From Campylobacteraceae bacterium (GTDB lineage: Bacteria > Campylobacterota > Campylobacteria > Campylobacterales > Sulfurovaceae): 43,812 bases of DNA. The stretch covers positions 1 through 43,812 of the forward strand of contig JALVXO010000105.1 in the NCBI GenBank assembly GCA_027022775.1, in the 5' to 3' direction. The position numbers and the translations under genes are program-made. Each line of letters begins with the position of its first letter. Within the stretch, counting starts at the first letter, position 1. The notes beneath the pieces are model-generated. The model ran no database searches and was not told the DNA's origin. It saw only the letters and a program-made list of their open reading frames with translations. Shown in pieces: positions 17,890 through 24,554 of this stretch.

Positions 17890-18716
17890 CGCATTCTCTT
17901 TATTAATTCTATAAACGGATCTTGATGTGTATATATTTTTAAAAACCTTGCACCGATTTTTTGCAAATGTTTCATTAATGTTTTATCATTTTTTATCAGC
18001 TCTTCCTTATAAATTTTAATTGTCCCCTCATCCACATTGCCGACAAACTCATGCAGATAACCCGGATCGACCAATCTTATCTCTCCAAGAGGCTTTGGAT
18101 TGTCTATAAAAAAATCCCTTACCATTATAACAAACAGATCATGTTTTTTTGCCAAAAGAGAAAGGTTTATATCTCCCACAAAATCGGCAATTAAAAAAAG
18201 CAGAGACTTCTTTCTGACACGCTTATTTAACTCTTCTATCCACCCTGGATAATTTGCAGGTTTGCCTATAACATCAAATTCGACAGCTCTTTCTATCTCT
18301 TTATTGACTGCAAAAATTTTTTTTGCCGGTTTTGAGTAATAATAAAAGTCATCTGCATACAAAAGATGGCTGAAAAGATCTTTATTTCTAACGGCAGAAT
18401 AGCCAAGCAAAGCCATAATTTCAATCATAAAATCTTTTTTAATAATATCTGTTCCAAAATATGTTGAACCGCTTAACATTGTTGAAATAACAACATTAAG
18501 CTGCCTCTCTTCATGATAAATTTTCACATACGGCTTTCCGCCCTGCTTGGCAGTTGTTTTCCAGTCTATTTTCCTGACATCGTCGCCGTAAGCATATTCA
18601 CGGAGTTCTGCAAACTCAAACCCCTCGCCGTGGAGAGCAGAGATATTATTTCCGCTTAATGCTCCAAAAACCTGTTTCTTGGTTTTTAAAATTATCTGTT
18701 TTGCTTTTGTATTCAT
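17886..18716 (-). CDS. DUF58-family protein (vWA-like partner of MoxR)
   Basis: 276 aa with the conserved G.GFEF.ELREY..GDD.R.IDWK block. It is coupled to the MoxR stop (TAATG). Confidence 0.8.
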   Translation of the reverse strand: MNTKAKQIILKTKKQVFGALSGNNISALHGEGFEFAELREYAYGDDVRKIDWKTTAKQGGKPYVKIYHEERQLNVVISTMLSGSTYFGTDIIKKDFMIEIMALLGYSAVRNKDLFSHLLYADDFYYYSKPAKKIFAVNKEIERAVEFDVIGKPANYPGWIEELNKRVRKKSLLFLIADFVGDINLSLLAKKHDLFVIMVRDFFIDNPKPLGEIRLVDPGYLHEFVGNVDEGTIKIYKEELIKNDKTLMKHLQKIGARFLKIYTHQDPFIELIKRMR

Positions 18717-19672
18717 TATGGTATCGGAACCGCCGCTAAAACTTTTTCTATAATCATATCTTGCGTAATGCCCTCTGCCTGTGCTTCATAACTTAAAATT
18801 ATACGGTGGCGCAAAATCTCTTTTGCAATATAAGCTATCTCAATCGGTGAAACAAAATCCTGCCCCTTAATATAGGCAACTGCCCGTGCCGCCTTATACA
18901 TATTAATGCTTGCCCTTGGGCTTGCACCATACTCTACATAATCTTTCATCTTCTTAAGCCCGTAACGCTCCGGCTCTCTGGTAGCAAAAATTATCTCGAT
19001 TATATATTTTTCAATCTCCGGGTCTATATGTACCTCCATAGCTTCATCCCGAACCCTCATTAAATCTTTGGCGGTTGCTACCTGCTTAATCTCTTCAAAA
19101 CTGTCATTGGATACTCTTCTGGCAATTTCTAGCTCTTCTGCACGGGTGTTGTAACCTACTATAACTTTCATTAAAAACCTGTCTAACTGGGCTTCTGGCA
19201 ATTCATAAGCACCTTCCTGCTCAACCGGGTTTTGGGTAGCCATTACCAAAAAAGGAGGATTAAGCTTAAAAGTATCATCTCCAATAGTTACCTGCTGCTC
19301 CTGCATAACTTCCAGCAGTGCAGACTGCACTTTTGCCGGAGCCCTGTTAATCTCGTCTGCAAGCAGCAAATTGGTAAATACAGGACCTTTTTTTATTTTA
19401 AAACTGTTTGTTGTCGGATCATAAATTTCAGTCCCTATGATATCTGTCGGCAGCAGATCCGGAGTAAACTGCACTCTTTTAAAATCAAGCCCAAGAGATT
19501 TTGCCAAAGCGTTTACTGTTGTTGTTTTCGCCAGCCCAGGCACACCCTCCAGCAATATATGCCCTTGGCAGATAAGCCCAATCAGCAAGGCTTCTACCAT
19601 CTTTTCTTGACCTACAACCACTTTGTATATTTCATTCCTGATTTTATTGATAGTATCCAACACTTTCTCCAA
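18716..19672 (-). CDS. MoxR-family AAA+ ATPase
   Basis: 318 aa with Walker A GVPGLAKTT, Walker B LLADEINRA, and the typical ATQNP..QEG.Y.LPEAQLDRF block. Confidence 0.92.
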   Translation of the reverse strand: MEKVLDTINKIRNEIYKVVVGQEKMVEALLIGLICQGHILLEGVPGLAKTTTVNALAKSLGLDFKRVQFTPDLLPTDIIGTEIYDPTTNSFKIKKGPVFTNLLLADEINRAPAKVQSALLEVMQEQQVTIGDDTFKLNPPFLVMATQNPVEQEGAYELPEAQLDRFLMKVIVGYNTRAEELEIARRVSNDSFEEIKQVATAKDLMRVRDEAMEVHIDPEIEKYIIEIIFATREPERYGLKKMKDYVEYGASPRASINMYKAARAVAYIKGQDFVSPIEIAYIAKEILRHRIILSYEAQAEGITQDMIIEKVLAAVPIP

Positions 19673-19847
19673 AAATAAAATTGTTTATTATGATACAGAA
19701 AAATAATTAATTGATAGTTAACAATAGGTTAAACAACGGTTAATGCAAGCATAAAATCTGCCTAATTTATAAAATATAGGTTCCATTTTACACCTTTGCC
19801 TCACTTAAATTTTTTTTATTTGCCATCTAACCGATTTTTATTATATA

Positions 19848-19943
19848 TTAATGTGTTATATATTGTAACATAATATTTTTTTATAATAAATTTTTGTTAT
19901 TTTTCAGTTTTCCATATTATAATTAATGTTATTATTACATTAA
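19848..19943. promoter_or_regulatory. Two related AT-rich inverted repeats flanking a TATAAT box upstream of the yeeE-like operon (operator-like)
   Basis: Site 1 is ttaatgtgttatatattgtaacataat (19848-19874). Site 2 is ttaatgttattattacattaa (19923-19943, arms TAATGT-N7-ACATTA). Site 2 abuts TATAAT at 19918-19923. Confidence 0.3.
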
Positions 19944-19969
19944 CAAATAATTTAATAGGAGTAATACTT

Positions 19970-20485
19970 ATGAAAAATAATAACTACTGGTCTCCTATTC
20001 TTGCCGGTATTATTTTAGGGGTGGCGCTTTTTGTCACATTTATTGTAGCCGGTCAAGGAATGGGTGCTAGCGGTGCATTTGCGAGGGCAACTGCTCAAGC
20101 GGTTTATACAATTGACCCCTCTTTTGCCCAAAATGCTTATGCAGGCAAATACTTAAAACACGGCAATGCATTGGCAAATTGGACTGTTTTAGAGGTGTTG
20201 GGTATCTTTATAGGCGGTTTAATCAGCGCACTTTTGGCAAAAAGAATTAAACCAGAAATTACAAGAGCAAAAGGATACTCCAGCGGCAAAAGATTGCTGT
20301 TTGCATTTTTAGGCGGTATTTTTATAGCCGTTGCAACAAGATTGGCAAGAGGCTGCACCAGCGGACAGGCGCTTGACGGCGCAGCTACTTTCAGTGTAGG
20401 CTCATGGATTTTTATGCTTGCAGCATTTGGAGCAGGATTTTTCTTCGCATTCCTGTTTAAAAATATGTGGAAAGGGGTGGAGTAA
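19970..20485 (+). CDS. YeeE/YedE family sulfur-compound transporter, half 1
   Basis: 171 aa with four predicted TM helices and the conserved Cys motif ARGCTSGQ. AGGAG lies 9 nt upstream. Confidence 0.8.
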   Translation: MKNNNYWSPILAGIILGVALFVTFIVAGQGMGASGAFARATAQAVYTIDPSFAQNAYAGKYLKHGNALANWTVLEVLGIFIGGLISALLAKRIKPEITRAKGYSSGKRLLFAFLGGIFIAVATRLARGCTSGQALDGAATFSVGSWIFMLAAFGAGFFFAFLFKNMWKGVE

Positions 20486-21084
20486 TGGAGACAATTTTTC
20501 CACTATACACAAACGGTTTTTTTGACAGCCATACAAATTTAATGCTGGCTGTTCTGCTTGGAGTAATGTTTGGATTTATACTTGAGCGCGCAGGATTTGC
20601 AACATCTGCTCATATTGCGCCAATATTTTATTTTAGAAATGTTATGGTTGCAAAAGTTATGGTAAGCGCAATAGTCACTGCCGCAACTTTGATATTTTTA
20701 GCTTCAATTTTTGGCTATGTTGACTATTCGCAGCTTTTTATACCCACAACATACCTTTGGGCCTATCTAGCCGGCGGGCTGCTTTTTGGGATTGGAATGG
20801 TTATGAGCGGCTGGTGCCCTGGAACTGCAGTAGTTGGCGTAGCAACTGCAAAAATAGATGCCCTGTTCTTTGCTTTGGGGCTTTTTGTCGGAATGTATTT
20901 CTATTTCGATATTTACAGTTACATTGCAGATTTTGCAAATTCGGCAAATTTAGGGAGGTTCACAATCGACAAACTTGTCGGCGGAGATATCAGAATATCT
21001 TATTTAATAACAGTGGGGGTCTCTTTTGGGCTTCTTATTTTTATGTTAATAATGAAAAAATTAGTAGGAGATAAAAATGAATAA
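20485..21084 (+). CDS. YeeE/YedE family sulfur-compound transporter, half 2
   Basis: I place the start at ATG 20485, overlapping the upstream stop (TAATG). 199 aa, polytopic, with the conserved SGWCPGTA motif. Confidence 0.8.
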   Translation: METIFPLYTNGFFDSHTNLMLAVLLGVMFGFILERAGFATSAHIAPIFYFRNVMVAKVMVSAIVTAATLIFLASIFGYVDYSQLFIPTTYLWAYLAGGLLFGIGMVMSGWCPGTAVVGVATAKIDALFFALGLFVGMYFYFDIYSYIADFANSANLGRFTIDKLVGGDIRISYLITVGVSFGLLIFMLIMKKLVGDKNE

Positions 21085-21508
21085 AGTGATTTCTATTGTA
21101 GGTTTGGTTTTAATTGCAGCTGCAGGAGTATTGGCTGCAATAAGCACAAGCCATGAAGATATTTTAAAAAGCAAAAAAGAGCTTTGCGCAAAATATACAA
21201 AAAATGCTCAGGCTGCTCTGGCAAATAATGATATAGAAAAAGCTTTTAAATTTGCAAAACTTGCAATAAAAGCCGATCCGGAAAATAGAGCCGGATATAA
21301 AGTGTTGGCGCAAATTACCGATGCAAAATGCAAAGCATCTCAGCCATCATCTGCAAAAGCTGCAGCAGCTTCTAGCACAGAGGCAGACAATGCAAAAACA
21401 GAAAACAAAGCTGCCCAAAAACCTGAAGAAAAAGCATCCCAGACGGCAGCTCAGCCTGCAAAACCTGCTAAGCCTGCTGCTGAAGAAGAGGAAGAGATGG
21501 GCTGCTAA
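21077..21508 (+). CDS. Membrane-anchored low-complexity protein ending in EEEEEMGC
   Basis: 143 aa with an 8-nt overlap with the preceding gene. It has an N-terminal TM helix (VISIVGLVLIAAAGVLAAI), one TPR-like helix pair, an Ala/Lys/Pro/Glu-rich tail and a terminal Cys. Confidence 0.6.
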   Translation: MNKVISIVGLVLIAAAGVLAAISTSHEDILKSKKELCAKYTKNAQAALANNDIEKAFKFAKLAIKADPENRAGYKVLAQITDAKCKASQPSSAKAAAASSTEADNAKTENKAAQKPEEKASQTAAQPAKPAKPAAEEEEEMGC

Positions 21509-21518
21509 TATAGGTTGA

Positions 21519-21610
21519 GTGGCTGATTGGTATATTGGTTATTGGAAAAGTTTAATAAATTATCTATTTTTCAAATATATAAATAGCAAATGCACCAATA
21601 TACAAAACCG
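21519..21610. repeat. R2 word-hairpin repeat, copy b
   Basis: 21528-21555 is identical to 142-169. The partial complementary arm is gcaccaatatacaa (21592-21605). Confidence 0.8.
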
Positions 21611-21659
21611 TATAAATTCTCTTTTTGTCGAGAATAATAATATTATGCCTTCATCGCAA

Positions 21660-21677
21660 TTCCCGCAAAAGCGGGAA
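21660..21677. repeat. GC-core palindrome ttcccgc-aaaa-gcgggaa
   Basis: 7-bp stem. Related palindromes occur at 22755-22771, 33997-34010, 41329-41348 and 41430-41449. Confidence 0.7.
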
Positions 21678-21807
21678 CTTATGGCTGTTTATTGGAAAAT
21701 AAACAAATTGCAAACCTGTCCACAATAACTTTTGCCAAAAAGACTGCGGTCTTTTTAGCAAAGGTTGATTTAACCTTATAATACAGAAAGTTATAAAGGA
21801 GAAGATA

Positions 21808-22749
21808 ATGAAAAAAATTATCGCAAGCGCTTTACTAGCAAGCAGTGCTGCTATGGCAGTAGATTTGCCGGCAAACCACATAGTGGATGCAGAGTGGTTA
21901 AAAAAACACCTAAATGACAAAGATTTAGTTATTATCGATGTTAGAAAAAACAGCGAAAAGCATCCAAATTACAACAATGGTCATATTAAAGGCGCAGTAT
22001 CTTGCCCTCTTTCAAATTTTAGAGAAGGAAGATACTACAACCCTAATTTAAAAAAGCCTATTCCAGGTTATTTTGCAGCCCCTAATAAATTTGTAGAAAC
22101 TGCAAAAAAATGCGGTATTACAAATGATAACGCAGTAGTATTCTATGCTGGAGGGAATAAAGCTAAACTTTACAGAGACGGCGCTCTTGCTGCTTTAGTT
22201 TCTATGTATTACGGCAAAAGCAATGTTGCAATTTTAGACGGCGGTTATGAAGGTTTTGTAAAAGCGGGCGGCGAAACAAGCAAAGAGCCTACTACAAAAG
22301 AGGGTAACTACCAAATTAAAAAATTTGACAGAAGCGCTTATGCAAGTTTAGAAGATGTTGATGAAGCGGTAACTTTAAAAACTGCACAATTTTTAGATGC
22401 AACAGGCGAAGGAAAACCTGGGAAATCTCATTACCATGCAGATATGAAAAAGCCGGATCCTAGAAGAATGGCAGAAGGTCATATTCCTGGTGCGAAAGCG
22501 CTTCATGCTAAAGTTTACACTGTAGAAAAAGATGGTGTATTTTATCTTGACAGTAAAGATAACTTAATGAAAAAATTAAAAGATGCAGGAATCGATACTA
22601 GCAAGCCTGTAATTAACTACTGCAACACAGGACACCTGGCAGCAGGTTCTACTTTTGTTCAAAGATTCCTTTTAGGAATGGATGCAAAACTTTACGACGG
22701 CTCTATGGCAGATTACACTGCTACACCAAACAGACCTTTAGATAAATAA
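21808..22749 (+). CDS. Secreted tandem-rhodanese sulfurtransferase
   Basis: 313 aa with the signal peptide MKKIIASALLASSAAMA/VD, two rhodanese-like halves and the active-site loop YCNTGHLAAG in the second. AAAGGAG RBS. Confidence 0.85.
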   Translation: MKKIIASALLASSAAMAVDLPANHIVDAEWLKKHLNDKDLVIIDVRKNSEKHPNYNNGHIKGAVSCPLSNFREGRYYNPNLKKPIPGYFAAPNKFVETAKKCGITNDNAVVFYAGGNKAKLYRDGALAALVSMYYGKSNVAILDGGYEGFVKAGGETSKEPTTKEGNYQIKKFDRSAYASLEDVDEAVTLKTAQFLDATGEGKPGKSHYHADMKKPDPRRMAEGHIPGAKALHAKVYTVEKDGVFYLDSKDNLMKKLKDAGIDTSKPVINYCNTGHLAAGSTFVQRFLLGMDAKLYDGSMADYTATPNRPLDK

Positions 22750-22754
22750 TTCAT

Positions 22755-22774
22755 TTCCCCTTTGCGGGGAATTT
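22755..22774 (+). terminator. Possible weak terminator hairpin after the rhodanese gene
   Basis: ttcccc-tttgc-ggggaa (6-bp stem) is followed by only ttt. Confidence 0.35.
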
Positions 22775-22775
22775 A

Positions 22776-22784
22776 TGCTATACT
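22776..22784 (+). promoter_or_regulatory. Extended -10 box TGcTATACT for the cytochrome genes
   Basis: It lies 25 nt upstream of ATG 22809. Confidence 0.45.
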
Positions 22785-22808
22785 TTCTTAAAAACTTTCG
22801 GGCAATTT

Positions 22809-24554
22809 ATGAAATACTTACTTACAGCGCTTTTATTTTTTAACTTGCTATACTCAAATGAGTCTTGCCTAAATTGCCACAGCAACACTACGCAAATGGA
22901 CGGTTTTCACGATATTAAAAAGATAGGCTGCGCTTCTTGTCACGGCGGTGACGGCAGTGCTTTAGACAAAACAGATGCCCATAAAAATATGGTTTTGCAC
23001 CCTGCCCGTTTAGAACATGCAAAGATTTTTTGCGGCAAGTGCCACGAAGAGGTGATAAAAAGAGTGCAAACTTCCATAATGAACTCAATGAGCGGGGTTT
23101 TAGATACGCTTAAATTCCAATTTAAAGAGACAGCTAAAATTACCCAAAGCGGCGGAATACAGCAGTTAAGAGCAAAGCCTGCAGCCAAGCAGAGCCTTGC
23201 CGAAGACCACTTTAGCAAACTCTGCGCCGCATGCCATATAAACCAGGATGAAAAGATATTTAAAAACTACACCCCGCGCGGGGGCGGATGCGTCGATTGC
23301 CACCGTGTAGCACCTGCAAAAATTATTAGCGGCAACGGCGGCATTAAAATTATCCACCCAAAGTTAAGCACTAAAATTCCTTCTAAAAACTGCTTAAAGT
23401 GCCACAACCGCTCAAACCGCATAGGCTTAAGCTACTTTGGAAAGTTCGAAAGCGAAGGTTACGGCACCCCGTTTATCCATGGCAAATTGAGCCACAGGCT
23501 CGATAAAAGCCGTTTTTACTACGATTTGCCTGCCGATATTCACCACAGCAAAGGAGGGCTTGAGTGCATTGATTGCCACAGCGAAGCCGGGGTAATGGGG
23601 GATGGCAAAAAGCATCTGCACATGGAAGACGCTTTAGATATTAGCTGCAGCGACTGCCACGCCCCAAACTTTAAGCCAAGCCAAAATTATCCAAAAGCTG
23701 CAATGTTAAGCGCATTAAACGGCTCTGTGCCGCTTGCAAAAGATATTGCAATTACCCGCAAAAAAGGCACGCCGCTTTATAATGTTGCAAAAGATGGAAA
23801 TAAAACAATAATTTACCGAAAAAGAGACGGCAAAAAATTTATAATCCCAAAACTTGGCAATAAACCTTACCACAATTTAAAAATCCATAAACGGCTTGAC
23901 TGCTCAGCCTGCCACAGTAAATGGATGCCAAGCTGCTACGGATGCCACGAAGTTTACTTTAAAAACGGAAAACAATACGACTGGATAAAACATAAAAAAA
24001 CCAAAGGGCAGTGGATGGAACTTCGAAGTTACCTGCGCTACGAATCCCCTGCACTCGCAATCGGCTATAATAAAAAAATTATGCCCACAGCCCCGGGATG
24101 TCAGGTTTTAATGACAATTTTTGATAAAAACGGCACATCACAGCCTTTCCACTCTTTTGCCTATGCAGCCTGGAGCCCGCACACAACAAGCAAAGAGGCA
24201 AGAAGCTGCATAGATTGCCACTTTAACCCGCTTGCAATCGGACTTGGCAACGGTATTTTAGATATGAATAGAAACGGCATCTCTTTTATGCCGTATTACG
24301 ACTCTAACAGAAGCGGTTTACCTATAAATTACCCAATAGATGCACTAATTAGCAAAGAGGGGGTTCGATTTCAAAGCTTTTCGCGAGATAGTGCAAGAGG
24401 CTTTAACAAGCAAGAGGTAAACAAAATTGTAAACGCTTACAAATGCATAATTTGCCACGGCGAATACAATGATAAAATCTATAAAGATTTCAAAAAGAGC
24501 AAAAAACGCTTTAAAAAAGGGCAAACTCCTTGTGCCAGGGAGCTTTTAAAATGA
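22809..24554 (+). CDS. Secreted multihaem c-type cytochrome, 12 CxxCH motifs
   Basis: 581 aa with the signal peptide MKYLLTALLFFNLLYSNES. The haem motifs are CLNCH, CASCH, CGKCH, CAACH, CVDCH, CLKCH, CIDCH, CSDCH, CSACH, CYGCH, CIDCH and CIICH. Confidence 0.9.
   Translation: MKYLLTALLFFNLLYSNESCLNCHSNTTQMDGFHDIKKIGCASCHGGDGSALDKTDAHKNMVLHPARLEHAKIFCGKCHEEVIKRVQTSIMNSMSGVLDTLKFQFKETAKITQSGGIQQLRAKPAAKQSLAEDHFSKLCAACHINQDEKIFKNYTPRGGGCVDCHRVAPAKIISGNGGIKIIHPKLSTKIPSKNCLKCHNRSNRIGLSYFGKFESEGYGTPFIHGKLSHRLDKSRFYYDLPADIHHSKGGLECIDCHSEAGVMGDGKKHLHMEDALDISCSDCHAPNFKPSQNYPKAAMLSALNGSVPLAKDIAITRKKGTPLYNVAKDGNKTIIYRKRDGKKFIIPKLGNKPYHNLKIHKRLDCSACHSKWMPSCYGCHEVYFKNGKQYDWIKHKKTKGQWMELRSYLRYESPALAIGYNKKIMPTAPGCQVLMTIFDKNGTSQPFHSFAYAAWSPHTTSKEARSCIDCHFNPLAIGLGNGILDMNRNGISFMPYYDSNRSGLPINYPIDALISKEGVRFQSFSRDSARGFNKQEVNKIVNAYKCIICHGEYNDKIYKDFKKSKKRFKKGQTPCARELLK

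Noticed and set aside
19970-21084. The split YeeE/YedE as a frameshifted pseudogene
   Set aside because: The two halves meet at a clean TAATG overlap with an RBS-like AAAGGGGTGGAG. Each keeps its conserved Cys motif. Two-gene versions of this family are common.
20757-21518. Alternative-frame ORFs 20757-21074 and 21321-21518
   Set aside because: They are embedded out of frame in well-supported genes (YeeE half 2 and the tethered protein). The Arg/Cys- or Lys/Gln-rich translations are typical of off-frame reads.
24530-24553. TTG 24530 as the start of the second cytochrome
   Set aside because: It lies 25 nt inside the upstream gene with no RBS. ATG 24551 (GGGAG RBS, ATGA overlap) or the downstream ATGs are more plausible.
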